Origin: Flaccisagitta enflata
Lineage: Eukaryota
DNA: 64,000 nucleotides
Assembly: GCA_965153355.1 (NCBI GenBank)
Contig: OZ231126.1
Coordinates: 29,822,001-29,886,000, forward strand
Direction of reading: 5' to 3'
Below the pieces are notes generated by a model. It saw only the letters and a program-made list of their open reading frames with translations, was not told the DNA's origin and made no database searches. Position numbers and translations under genes: made by a program. Every line of letters starts with the position of its first letter. Within the stretch, counting starts at the first letter, position 1. This document shows, piece by piece, positions 12,201 to 53,955 of the stretch.

Positions 12201-13481
12201 GCAGGTGAATGTGGTGGCAAAGGAGTATGAGTTGAGGATGCTCGTGCGGAAGCAATCGAAGGTGATGGTGATAAACTCATCTCGCCGATGCTTCTTCTTC
12301 CATCAATGGGAAAGTTGGGAGAGTTTGGCGGCAGGGGCGTAACATTCTTTGAAATGGACCGTGAAAGGCTTGATTCTTCCTGGTTTTGATAATCTTTTGT
12401 AGAGAGAAGAAATGGGACACACTATGGTTGGATTTAGCCAAATGAAACTATAGATTTAAATGTGTTTTTCATTCAATTTGATTTGATTTATTTTGAACAT
12501 TTCATATGATCTTGTAATCCTACTTAACTAACAATATTTGGGTGTGGTCTACTACTTGAATTTTATTTTGATTCATGAAAAATAACAATTTTTTCAAAAA
12601 ATTTATACAGGGTATATATATAGGGTATATGATTTTTAAAAAAAATTTCAAGAATGAATTTTATTGAATGGTTTATAAAATGACTCATTTCTTTATCATG
12701 TTGGATGAGAGAGTCTTCTTTTTTTTGTATGCGTACTACGTGGGTAAAGAACTCACTTTATCCGTCCGTCCATCTGTCTGTCCATCCTTCCCTCGGTCAC
12801 ATTTGTTAATTTTTCTTTTTAGCTTTAGTCACTCTGCGGCATCCCCGAGTCGAATTGATGGACCTGTGCTTGTTTTTGCGCTCAATCTAAACCATAGTGG
12901 GAACGTTGTTTCGACGATTTTGTTAGCAGCGACGCCGACGGAGATCGACTCATTTCTCCTTCGCTGCGACTCGCATCACTAGAGGGCGACCGCTCCCTGT
13001 TGTCCGCGTCCCGTCTATACAACTGCGTCTCACGTGAGGTACGACTCGCGCTACGCTCGGGAGATTGCGAGTCTAATCTCGCGTCTATCGAAATTGTCCG
13101 CTTTCCTCGACTCTTACGCGTCTCACTCGCGTTACGAGGATGAAGAAGCCGATGTTTGAGTCTCGATAAGACTCCCGGACTGTAGCTTGTCGCTGTTTCC
13201 CCGTCTTTGGATTTTCCGCTTCGTTTTTTCAATCGTCTCGTCGTAAATGACGTAATTTCCGGCGGCTTAGACACCATTCCCGGCGTCATCGGCGGCGTCC
13301 TGGGCATAGTTGACGGCGTATTCCGACTTGATGCGTCGCTCTGATCATCTACGCTATCGATAGTTGTCTCATCTTCTTCGTCCTCTTCTTCTTCCTCTTC
13401 CACTTCCCCTGCCTCTTTTTCTTCTTCTTCATCTTCGTCCTTTCTATCGTTTGTTTGTTTATCGCCGCTTTTGGAACTCAT
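6135..13481 (-). CDS. Gene A: large low-complexity/disordered protein (~1,992 aa), 4-exon model with acidic/Ser-Arg N-terminus, Ser/Pro-rich SSGQ(V/L)S and SEGE(M/L)S repeats, Gly/Lys/Asp-rich domain and basic-aromatic C-terminus
   Basis: Exons 13481-12893, 12393-9797, 9016-8300 and 8210-6135 join four long same-strand ORFs in frame via GT-AG introns (donors GTTTAG, GTATGG, GTGAGA; phases 1,0,0). Total 5979 nt = 1993 codons including stop. Gly codons are mixed (GGT/GGA/GGC), so this is not a microsatellite artefact. The frame is open to about 13512 behind a possible acceptor, so the true start may lie upstream. Confidence 0.7.
9404..9579. mobile_element. Tigger/pogo-like MITE; related copies at 47044-47219, ~21650-21812 and a split copy 43235-46773
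   Basis: TA|CAGTTGAACCCCGCTCTAACGGA ... TCCGTTAGAGCGGGGTTCAACTG|TA, perfect TIR with TA TSD. Confidence 0.9.
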
Positions 13482-13598
13482 TCTATCTAAACTAGGTTCG
13501 TTTCTTCGGAATCTTTACAAAATGCGACGGTTCCGACGACACGAAACGCAGAAAAAAAACTAACGCGGGAAAAAAACTCCTCCTGAAATGATCGGAAC

Positions 13599-42347
<28,749 letters not shown>

Positions 42348-43386
42348 TCTGTTGATTGTTAATCCTCGAGAAACGTCGTACATGAATGGGCTTGTTTCGC
42401 TGAAATGCATTTACTGAATTGAAACATTGACTACACTCTTTTTTTTTTATAAGAAGGTCATGTTTTTTAAATTGAAAGCTCCATGTTCTTATTTTTAAGG
42501 TCAAATTAAGCCTTCAACATTCTTTAAGTGTTCTTAATTCGAATACTATATAAACTAAAAGAAACTTTATAATTTACTATTATTGAATGATACTGGATGA
42601 ATTTTTATCAATGATTACTAAAATAGATACTAAATAACAAAATCAAAATATATTTTCAGGGTATTTACCTTTAGGATAGCAAAATTTTATTGTAATTTAA
42701 TTAAAATTTTAGTGTTTAGTGATATTTTTTAAGAATTATTATTAGCAAAATTTTTTTGATCTAAAATAAAGCGTTCATATATTCTTGTGATGTTCTTAAT
42801 TTTTGGGCGATTCGAAGCCTTGATGTTCTTATAAACTAGGTTCTTATAAAAATTATTAATTGGCCAAATTTTACACCGTCCCAGCCCATGTGCCTACCGG
42901 CACGTGACTGAGCTAGCCGCGTATCCGAACTTGTCTGATGGGTTGACCAATGGGCTTTTATTTGTGATTGTCCTGGCTTGATTTATTGATCGTCTTACAT
43001 TTACGTTAATTAAAGCGCCATGGCTACAAAGTGATCGCAACCACTTATGTACTTACCAATCATAACTAACCAGAAATACATGTCTTTTCATGGTTTTCAT
43101 TAAAGTTGTTGTAAATTCTTTTTGAAGATTAAGAGAACCTAAGAAACTGGTAGAATCGCCTCTAGTCACGGAGTTTCTCTCAGTAATGGACAATTTCACA
43201 ACATCATCTTCAAAGGATTCAACAATTCTATGAACAGTTGAACCCATAATAACGGATTTCAAGGGACCAAGTAAATTCATTTGTTATAAGCGAATTTCCA
43301 TTATATTGATATCAAAAATAAAAAATAAAAATAAATGGTTTGAAAGGACTAGCATTTGATATCCGTCATAAATGGATATCTATCAC

Positions 43387-43877
43387 CAGGGGCCTGTAGA
43401 GGAATTTCGGGTCCCCCCTCCAGTTTTGGCGTGACCACTGGCGTGAAAGATATCATACGTAAAAAATTATTTTTCAGTCTTAATACATTCAATCTCGAGA
43501 AGAAAATCCAAACAAGTATTGAACTAAGCCTAATGGTAACAGCAGAATATTTTGAATTATTAACTAAGAGACTGGTTTTGCAGACTATTCCCTAGGGCCT
43601 GGGTTTATATAGGGCCTTTTACTTTTTCTGATTTTTTTTTTTGCTTTATTGTTTTTGTTTTTCTTTGTTTTTTTTTGTTTATCTTTGTTTTTATTTTTGT
43701 TTATCTTTTTTCATTTTCTTTTTCTTTTTTCATTTTCTTTTTCTTTTTCCATTTTTCTTTTTTCCCCGTGTTTTTTCTTCATTTCTCGTTTTCCCCATTT
43801 TTTTTTCACAATTTTTATGGTAATAAGGGGCCCTCCTCCTATAATTTCTTTAGGCTATAGGCCTCTACAGGCCCCTG
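43387..43877. mobile_element. hAT-like MITE
   Basis: 16-bp TIR CAGGGGCCTGTAGAGG; TSD TCTATCAC/TTTATCAC is recovered once the neighbouring foldback is removed. Confidence 0.8.
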
Positions 43878-43882
43878 TTTAT

Positions 43883-45501
43883 TAGCACGGGGGATCATGG
43901 CAAAGAATGATCAGAGCCTTTATGTTCAGGAGATGTGCGCACCATTTCATGGTATATTGCACCAAAAAAAATTTGGAGGTCGTCCGATGTCGGGAAGATG
44001 GTATAAAATGGTGGTGATGGAACAAATCTTGTTGTTTAAGGTCATTTTGACTTCAAAATTGGGCCACTTTGCCTTAGAAAAATGACAATAAATCCATGAG
44101 ATTATAAAATTAGCGCTCAAGAGCTAACCAGTGGTGCAATCTGCATGTTACTATCATAACCAGCCAAACCAGCCTACCACCCAACAAGCCTACCAGCCTA
44201 AAAGTGAAAAACGTGCATAACTTTGGCATTTTTCAACCGTTTTTGTTGAAATTTAGTATGTGGTCTCTGACTGGAAGGACTCCACATATGAATTTGATTT
44301 ATAAAGATTTTAGCATGCTAACCAGCCAAACCGGCCTACCACCCAACCAGCCTATCAGCTTAAAAGTGAAAAACATGCGTAACTTTGGCATTTTTCAATT
44401 GATTTGGTTGAAACTTGGTAGGTAGTCTCTGAATGGAAGGACTCGACATATGAATTCAATTTATATAGATTTTAGAATGCTAAGCGGTAAAACCAGACTA
44501 CCAACCAACCAGCCTACCAGCCTAAAAGTGAATAACATGCATAACTTTGTAATTTTTCAATTGATTTGGTTAAAACTTAGTATAAAGCCTCAAAATGGAA
44601 GGACTCATCATATGTATTTGATTTGTTAAGATTTTAGCATGCTAACTGGCCAAACCGGCCTACCACCCAACCAGCCTACCAGCCTAAAAATAAAAAAAAC
44701 CTGCATAACTTTAGCTTTTTTTTTTTACCGATTTGGTTGAAACTTAGTATGTAGTCTCTAGATGGAAGGACTCAACATATAAGTTTGATTTATAAAGATT
44801 CTAGCACGTAACTGGCCTACCACCCAACTGACCTACCACCTTCAATGTGATAAGTAAGCATAACTAAAACAACTTTCAATCAATTTGGTTAAAACTAAAA
44901 ACTTGGTATGCAGACTCAAAATGAAATGACTTGATGTACGTATGCGACCAAAGCAGCTTACCTCTCAACCACTTGTTTGACAACGCCATTTGACAACGCG
45001 GTTAGACAATGCCAAATTGATTGAATATTGTTCAAGATATGTACAGTTATCACTTTGAAGGTGGTAGGTTGGTTGGGTGGTAGGTCGGTTAGCATGCATC
45101 TAGAGACTACATACCAAGTTTCATCCAAATTGGTTGGAAAATGTCAAAGTTATGCAGGTTTTTCACTTTAAGGCTGGTAGGCTGGTTGGGTAGTAGGTAA
45201 TCATCGGCGAGTACCCTATATTATCCTTTGGACGATTAGTAAATAGCTGTTACCCGCATTATCGATTGCTACTCATTGATGCAGTTACGATCGGTCCTCT
45301 TCCTCTTCCTCTTCCTCCTCTTCCTCCTCTTCCTCCTCCTACCAGAAAGTCGCCTGTAAACTTTGCTTTTCTCTTCATCGATCTGTTCATCATTCTATCT
45401 GTCTGTCTGTGTGTCTATCTGTCTTGGTCTGTCTGTGTGTCTATCTGTCTTGGTCTGTCTGTGTGTCTATCTGTCTCGGTCTGTCTGTATGTCTATCTGT
45501 C

Positions 45502-45586
<85 letters not shown>

Positions 45587-46732
45587 CTCTTGAAATATGC
45601 ATCCATCATATTTTGTGATCATTTTCTTTTTTTTCTTTTTTTAAAGAATATATGAAAAAAAGATTATATGCAGAAATGAATTAAATGTAAATGAGAAACT
45701 AAAACTAAACAAATGTAGCATTTTTTTTCTCCTTCAAACATTATCCCTATTCTTGGATGATCAACAATTTTACATCATGCAAAAAAAAAATGTCAGGTGT
45801 GAAAAGAAATAATTGCTAATAACCGCATTGGAAAGTCGGTTATTGCAGTATCCGAACCGAACCTATATTCGCGATTATTAATTAATTACCTAATTGAACC
45901 GTTATCTAATAACCAGATCGCCGAACTATAGTAGTAGGCTGGTTTGGTCGGCTAGCATGCTAAAATCTTAACAAATCAAATACATTTGTTGAGTCCTTCC
46001 ATTTCAAGACCTTATACTAAGTATCAACCAAATCAACTGAAAAATTACAAAGTTATGCACGTTTTTCACTTTTAGGCTGGTAGGCTAGTTGGATGGTAGT
46101 CCGGTTTGGTCGGTTAGCATGCTAAAATCTTTATAAATCGAATTCTTAAGTTGAGTCCTTCCATTCAGAGACTACATACCATGTTTCAAACAAATCAATT
46201 GAAAAATACCAAAGTTATGCATGTTTCTCACTTTTAGGCTGGTAGGCTGGTTGGGTGGTTGGCTGGCTTGGCCGGTTAGCATGCTAAAATCTTTATAAAT
46301 CGAATTCATATGTTGAGTCCTTCCATTCAGAGACCACATACCAAGTTTCAACAAAATCTATTGAAAAACGCCAAAGTTATGCATGTTTTTCACTTTTAGG
46401 CTGGTAAGCTTGTTGGGTGGTAGGCTGGTTTGGCTGGTTATGATAGAAACATGCAGATTGCACCACTGGTTAGCTCTTGAGCTCTAGTTTTATTATCTCA
46501 TGGATTTTTTGTCTTTTTTTTGGCAAAGTGGCCAAATTACGAGGGCAAAATAATCTCAAACAACAAGATTTGTACCACCGCCACCACTTTACTCAGGGGG
46601 GGGGGTGGCGGCGCCATCTTCCCAACATCGGACGACCTCCAAATTTTTTTTGGTGCATTATACCATGAAATGGTGCGCACATCTCCTGAACATAAAGGCT
46701 CTGACCATTTTTTGCCATGAACCCCCGTGCTA
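43883..46732. mobile_element. hAT-like foldback element (2.85 kb) with long inverted arms built from ~180-bp tandem units
   Basis: TAGCACGGGGG...CCCCCGTGCTA termini; perfect 8-bp TSD CTGTTTAT (43875-82 and 46733-40); arms 43883-~44900 mirror ~45935-46732. Confidence 0.9.
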
Positions 46733-46996
46733 CTGTTTATCACACTTGGGTCCGTTATTGCAGGTTGTAACTGTACCCTCAATAATCCTTAATTCACAAA
46801 TCAACAACTTTTTTAATCGCTGGCACGCGAATGTTTGAGTCAGTCACAATTTGCTTTTTGCGGTTATCGCGTCTTTATGCTATGTACATTTCTTCTGTAA
46901 GATACACTATGTCGGTGGGTTGGTCGGTTGGTCGGTCGGTCGGTCTATTGGTCAGTCAGTTGGTTGGTTGGTCAGTCGGTTGGTTGGTCGGTCCCC

Positions 46997-47677
46997 TTTT
47001 GGGCAGCGGCCCCAAAGAGGCGGATGACCTATGCTTTCACATACAGTTGAACCCCGCTCTAACGGACCCGCCACCAACGGAATTCCACCTATAACAGATG
47101 CAAATTCATGATTCCTTTCACTTAATTTCTTTTATTTCCCATATTGGCAATAATAGCAGTTTGCCTATAACAGAAGAAAATTGTTGGTCCCCTGAAATTT
47201 GTTAGAGCGGGGTTCAACTTTAAGCAGAATATTCTCCTTCTCCATTTTCTTCTTCTTTTTCTTCATCTCCCCCCCCCTGCTTTCAGACTCGAAACCCTAA
47301 TCCCAGCCTTGAGGCCCAAATCCCAGCTTCGAGGTCCAAATCCCGCCCTCGAGGCCTGTTCAAATCCAAGCCTCGAGGCCCAAATCCCAGCCTCGAGGCC
47401 AAAATCCCAGCATTGAGGCTTAAATCCCAGCCTTGAGGCCCAAATCCAAGTCTTGAGGCACAAATCCTAGCCTCCAGGCTCAAACCCCAATCTTGAGGGT
47501 CAAATCCCAGTCTCGAGGCTCAAATCCCAACCACGAGGCTCATATCCCCGCCTCCCTCATATCCTCAGCATAGGTCATTGGCTCCTTCGGGGCCGCTGCC
47601 CCTCACACCATCTCACACCCTCATACACTCACATAGGGGCAACGGGTACCGCTGACCATCTAACGCTTTTGCGACTA
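46997..47677 (-). mobile_element. Family B HINE-like copy interrupted by a Tigger-like MITE
   Basis: Both inverted repeats, the 21-bp array (47300-47545) and the end GGTACCGCTGACCATCTAACGCTTTTGCGACT shared with the 29324 copy. Confidence 0.75.
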
Positions 47678-48641
47678 GAGTTTTGCGACTGTGTTTTTGA
47701 GCTTTTTGAGCATATACGGCTCCTGCCCAGATGCCCTAGCGACCTTCTCCAGCACTGCTCCTGCCCACCCGCCAAGACTAGGTTAGCCATGTATCCGGCC
47801 TTGTTTGCATACTTTGTATCCCTATTCTTTATCAATCTCTAATCACAATTTATGGACATCAAATATCCTGATTCTGAAGCAGTAAGATCTGGTAAGTAAT
47901 GATAAGAATAAATTGAATTGGCAATCTCCATAAAAAAAAAACATATTTCATCATTTTTATTTAATGGAACTGACAAGAAATGATTCGGCGCAGAAAAATC
48001 AGCTAAACGGAATACAACATATTTTTGTAGATGAACTGAAGTGAGGCTTATTACTCGTCATGATTTTGTATCTTCATCATTGTTATCAATTCAAGCTTTT
48101 TTTTAAAGCGAGCCCGCGAGCCCGTGGCTCTCTATTTGCTGTCGGGGTCTCACGTTTTGCTGGCCCTGAGCTCGGCTGGCTCTCTCAAAATTAATGCCAT
48201 GTTTCGAACTCAAATGGATAAGATGACTGTTGTAAAGTTAAGAGTGACTAAAATGAATTTTGTCCACAGTCAACTCGTCAATTGTAAATTGATCAACAAG
48301 TGAAGCTCATTTTTAGTTGCGGACATGCAACTCTATAAGAGGGTTCGTCCATCCGTCCGTCGGTCATGGTGATCAAGTTGGAAAGTGTAAAAATGCGCTT
48401 TTCCGCCCCTGCCCACTCGTCCGCAATTGCTATTGGCCGTGTATCCAGCCTTGTTTTCGTGTAAATGCGTCTGATATTGTTGGTATAAAAAGTTACCATT
48501 TGATGATTTTTGCTTTCTCTAAAACCATTTTATATCTATCATGATATCAGACAGGTGAAAAATTACTATTGTAAGATGGCAGTGTCAGGAGGTCCACACA
48601 TTTTGAAAGAATAAAGTAAAATGTTCAGTTTTTTTCAAATT

Positions 48642-49243
48642 GTGTCACCATCCGTTTTTAGTATTACTCTGAATTTTTTGCTTGTATTTACTCAGGATGG
48701 ACTTCCTGAACTAGGATCCAGCTTCAAAGAAATCTTTCTTGTGGCGCCTTTTGAAAAAAATCCAAAATTGATAATTTTTCATCCTATATTGCACCCAGAT
48801 TTTAGAGGGTTCTTAGAAAACCTTTTTAGATGGCATATTTGAATTCCTGATGAAATTTACTTTCATTTGATAGGTCGCACTATATATTTTTCAAAAGAGA
48901 ACAAATTTTCAATTTTTTAGCCACCGTTACTTTTTGCAACGGTGGCATAAAAACTAAGATTTTATTTCTTTATAAAAATATATAGTGCGACCTATCAAAC
49001 GAAAGGAAATTTCATCAGGAATTCAGATATGCTATCTAAAAAGATCTTTTAACAACCCTAAAAATTCTGACTTCAAAATAAGAGAAAAAACGATCAATTT
49101 TGGATTTTTTTTAAAAGGCGCCACAAGAAAGATTTTTTTGGAGCTGGATTCTTGTTCAGAAGGTCCATATTTAGTGTGAACAAGCGGAAAATTTAGAGTA
49201 ATTCTGAAAACCACCTGGCGGTAGTTTGAACGGATGGTGGTGT
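48642..49243. repeat. Long imperfect palindrome (foldback remnant)
   Basis: 48642-48920 is the reverse complement of 48945-49243; centre GCCACCGTTACTTTTTGCAACGGTGGC. Confidence 0.8.
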
Positions 49244-50076
49244 GCAAGCCGCTCTATAACCCGCTATGTTGGGTGGCCTGTCCATCTGTAGGTCTGACTG
49301 TCCATTGGTCCGTCCATTAAGTAGTCCATTTGTTGGTCAGTGACACTGTTTTTTTTTCTTTTACAAGTGATTTTAATGTCACTACTCCTGCCCAAATGTT
49401 GTTTAGCCAATTTCATCACTACCCCTGCCCACTCGCATGACTTGGGTAACCTTTTATCCAGCATTGTTTTTTTGCCAGGCTCGCTGTTTTTCCGTCGGGC
49501 TCTGTAAAATTTTGAGTAGAGAGCCCGGTTGGCTCTGCAAGAAAAATCACTTAAAAAAAGGCCTGGTTATCATCATCTCGCCACGGCCGAAAAGAGTCAA
49601 GAGATGCGTCTAAGCCGTTTATTGTAATGTCGTGATCGACGGACATTCCGACTGATGGATGGACGGACAGATGAACGGAAAAACGGACGGACAGACCCTC
49701 TTATAGAGATGCAAGGACGCATTCAAAAGTCTAGGTCTACAGAATAGACTTAGATATCTATGCTGAATCACTTTTTCGGGTTAGGATCACTATTTTTGAT
49801 TGTTTGTATAATGAACCCTGCTCATGTTCCAAAATTGTAACAAGCTCTCCAACAAAAATATCCTTTATGGAACATTTTTCTCGTTTTTTTCGGTGAGGGT
49901 TCACAAGGTCCTCTTCCATTTATTTCAGTTTATAGTGAGGGATATTGTTCCACTTTTCATGACATTCAACAAGGCCAAGAGATGTCCAATAGATGTAAGA
50001 TATTAAGATATAAAGATACTACCTAGGACAAAAGTCTACGTTCACCTGTTTACAGCCATAACTAAACTTCTAGATA

Positions 50077-51252
50077 ACCATGGCAAAAAAAAAAGTAGAC
50101 GCAATCTTTTGATTGTTGATTGCTTGGTAAATAAAGATGACAAACCCCTAAAATCTATGATGGTTTTAAAGAGCTTCAAAAGATCTTTCATTTGAGCTCT
50201 TTCTGAACATTCTAGCTTCAAGATTCTAGAAGTTATGATATTCTAAAGACAACTGCTTGAAAATCTCAAATATATTTAGAAACATTTTTAGAGTAACCAA
50301 CTTTGAATTAATACAGCCTTTAAACGAAGCGGAATCATGAATTTTGCTTTATTTTATCTTGAAGAGAATTAAAAATACTTCATTTTTAACTTAAATTTTA
50401 TTCCATTTATTTCATTACTTCCTTAAACAGAAAAAGTAAGTGAAATAGTGCCTTGTTCACAGATGATAAAATCTGCTCTTTTTGGCATTTTGAAAAGTGA
50501 GTGTTGAACTTCAATCTTATGTCATTTCTAACACCTGTCCCACAATTATTGTCAAGGCAGTGTTACAACCGTATACGCTTCATTACTGCTGGTGAAAAAC
50601 ATTTTAAATCCCTAATATTGGATATCAGTCACGTTTTTTCTGGTATATTCCATTTAAATTTTCTCATTTTGCCTCAATTTGGCTGCTTATTCCTAATTTT
50701 ATCACCTCTTGACCATTAGCTAGTAACACCTAAGTATCACTTTTTCCTTAACTTTTTTTGAATTTTGGAAACCTTTTTGTCAAAGAATTCAGTTAAAATC
50801 TACGGGCAAATTAAAAAACTTTTCATGAGATTTTTAGTTGCAAAATCCGCATCTCATTTTTCTATCTTTATATAGATTTGGTACCCATTTAAGGTGACAA
50901 AGTTTTTCTGGTAATTTTGCAGTAATATGCATGGGGAAGCTTTCTACTATTTTTTATCTCATTCTATCCAGCATGAAGCAATTTAGGTAAAATTCATGAC
51001 TAAAATAAAGAGTTTTTAAAGCTCTAACTGGTGGAAAAATTTGCATTTAAGTAATTATCGCCGTTTAGCTTTGACAGTTGTTTGATGTTTTGACAATAAT
51101 TGTGGGACAGGTGTTAAACGACTTGAGTCACAAATTTCTGCTTGGTCTAAATTTGCAGTTTTTAAAGCTCTTTAAAATGCTCATATATTTCAAGTAAAAA
51201 GTGTGACTGGTTTTCAATTAAATTGAGCGTCTACTTTTTTTTTGACTATGGT
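50077..51252. mobile_element. TIR element with a nested piggyBac-like MITE (50532-51113)
   Basis: Outer ACCATGGCAAAAAAAAAAGTAGACGC / GCGTCTACTTTTTTTTTGACTATGGT with TA flanks; inner CTAA|CACCTGTCCCACAATTATTGTCAA ... TTGACAATAATTGTGGGACAGGTG|TTAA. Confidence 0.7.
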
Positions 51253-51379
51253 TATAAAAGAGCTTTGAAAGATCTTTCATTAGGGACCAATCCCAAATCG
51301 GTAGCTCAGAGCGTTTAGAAGTGAGAGGTGTTTAAAGATGATATACCATTTTGAGAAACGTAGTAAAAAGCCATGGAGG

Positions 51380-51750
51380 TCATGGAGGACGGGCTGCAAG
51401 AGCTTAAATGAAGGAGCTACCCACAACAGTCAGGAAAATTTTTAGTTGCAACAATGTTCGATTTGAGCGTAGACGACGCAGATGTGGCTTTAAGATCACG
51501 GCGTAAAGAAGTTCGAGGATTGGCTGGGTAACTCGCCTGATAGCAATCCGATCGAAAATCTCTAGTCACAGATGAAGCATCTTTAACATAAGAGAAGAGC
51601 AACCTCAATTGAACTGAAAATTGACTGAAAAAAATTGCACAAACGGTCCGGAAACAAGTCTTGGCAGAATACCTCCTAAAGCTCTATGAATCTATGTCGT
51701 GTCGAATGGAAGCAGTTATAGCTGCGGGAGGAAGTCATCTAAAGTATTGA
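51380..51750 (+). pseudogene. Tc1-family DDE transposase C-terminal relic
   Basis: Translates WL*DHGVKKFEDWLGNSPDSNPIENL*SQMK and, after a frameshift, EYLLKLYESMSCRMEAVIAAGGSHLKY*. These match the Tc1 motifs WPxNSPDLNPIENLW and SMPRRxxAVIxAxGGxTKY, with several stops. Confidence 0.9.
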
Positions 51751-52133
51751 TGAAAGGAAATCTATCAATTTGTTTGAATTTTATGAATAAATGAATTTTC
51801 ACCTCAAGTGAACGTAGACTTATGGTAGTATAATGACACCATGATATTATTATTCTCCGCCCCTTCCCCCCCCAACGCCCCCATCCCCCACGCCCCCACA
51901 CCCCAACTCCGTCACACCCCTCCTCCACCCACAATGTCCCCACACCCTCTCATACTAGGACACATCTAAAGATAAGAATAGACATGGAGACATGAGGATA
52001 CAAGAAGAGACACGAAGAGACAAGTGTAGAGACACAAGAAGAGACACATTAAGAGACACATAGGAGATACATGAAGAGATACATGAATAGACACATAAAC
52101 AGTCAGTGGACAAAACACTGTAGGTATATATAT

Positions 52134-52376
52134 CATACCACTGACTTTGATCCAACATACTGCTCAAAAACAAAATACTGTATGCGACAATCAGTTGCTC
52201 AAGTTACAGCCGGGTGTAATGAACAAAATGTTGTATTCAACAACGGGTTGTTAGAATTACAGCTGGCTGTAATGCTACGATTTTGTAACTTTACAGCCGG
52301 GTGTTATTTAAACCACTGGTTGTTGCATACAATATTTTGTTTACTATCAGCATGTTGGATCAAAACCAATGGTATG
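52134..52376. mobile_element. Short TIR element within an AGAGACACATGA-type simple repeat region
   Basis: CATACCACTGACTTTGATCCAACATACTG / CAGCATGTTGGATCAAAACCAATGGTATG; no clear TSD. Confidence 0.65.
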
Positions 52377-53241
52377 GTATAAGAGACACATAGGAGATAC
52401 ATGAAGAGATACATGAATAGACACATAAAGAGATATATGAATAGACACAATTGGAGACACACTTAGAGACACATTTAGAGACACATGAAGAGATACATGA
52501 AGAGACATGAAGAGAATTGAAGAGACACAAAGAGAAATAAAAAGAAATGAAGAGACTTATAGAGAAAACCTCAGAAATCGCGTTTTGAAAATTTCGCGTT
52601 ACCAACCAACAGACAGACCAAGGGACAGACCCTCTTATAGAGATGCGAGGACGCATCTAAAATCGTGTTTTGTTAGTAATCAAAGATTACGAATTGATTG
52701 AAGAATTTCTTGATAGCATTTTTTTCTGACCATAAAAAGTTCAAAAATCAAAACTAAGAGGTAGAATTTGTTCAATAGAAAATATTCGTACCCTTTAGAC
52801 ATTATTAGCCTCTTTCCTACTCTGCCCCCCCCCCATTCCAAACGTTAGTTTCGATGTCATATGAATATTTTTAACATAACAGAAAATTGAGGGGGAAATC
52901 GCTATTTCCCATTTTATGTTTAATTTGTGTCTAATTTGTGTCATCTAAAAATCGTGTTTTTTGAACTTAACAACCAACGGACAAACCTACGTACACACCC
53001 TTTTATGGAGCCGCTTGGCATGTGACTAAAAATCTAAATAGATAATAAGTTCCTCGATTATTGTATGGGTTGCTCCTTCACTATGACGCGCAAAACAAAA
53101 TTCAAGAGGCTCGGCGGCAGCCTGCGTTTTTCCGGCGGCAGTATTCACAGGCTCACAGCTGCAGCTGCGGTCAGTTTTACATGCACTAAAAATAGTCTGA
53201 ACACAGTGAATGCTGCCGATATTGTCAAAATCTAAGAAGAA

Positions 53242-53332
<91 letters not shown>

Positions 53333-53335
53333 TTT

Positions 53336-53382
<47 letters not shown>

Positions 53383-53754
53383 CTTCTTTTTTTTTCTTTC
53401 TTTCTTTCTTTTTTTCTTTTTTTCTTTTTTTCCCTTTTTTCCCATCTCTTCTTTCTTCCTCTCTCTTCTTAGGTGCGCCATAGCACCTCTATAATTGGCT
53501 CGGTGTGTTGGTCGGTCGGTCGGTTGGTTGGTCGGTCGGTCACGCTCGAGTTGAAAATCTCGAAAAGAAGCAAAAATCACCGGATATGATTCAGAAATAT
53601 GATGGGATGATTTTCAGAGGCTCTGACCGTCTGTCTGTCCATCTGTTGGTCACGCTCGAATGAAAAATCGCAAGAGATGTTTGAAATCAATTGAAAACTC
53701 ATTTCGTTCATCATAGATGATACTCGTCATTTCATTCACTGAAGTAATCAGCCA

Positions 53755-53955
53755 CGGTTAGGTCTGATAGAGCTGGGGATAGGTCGGATAGGTCTGGGGA
53801 TAGGTCGGATAGGTCTGGGGATAGGTCTGATAGAGTTGGGGATAGGTATGATAGAGCTGGTGATAGGTCTGATAGAGCTCGGGATAGGTCTGATAGAGCT
53901 AGGGATAGCTCTAAAAGTGCTAGGGATAGGTCTGATGGAGCTAGGGATAGGTCTA
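53755..53955. repeat. 21-bp tandem repeat (GATAGGTCTGATAGAGCTGGG) inside a HINE-like element
   Basis: About 9 units with no unique spacers. Confidence 0.9.

Noticed and set aside
43053-43232. Possible hAT transposase fragment or exon on the minus strand (SVTRGDSTSFLGSL...)
   Set aside because: Too short, with no diagnostic motif; it cannot be supported without a search.
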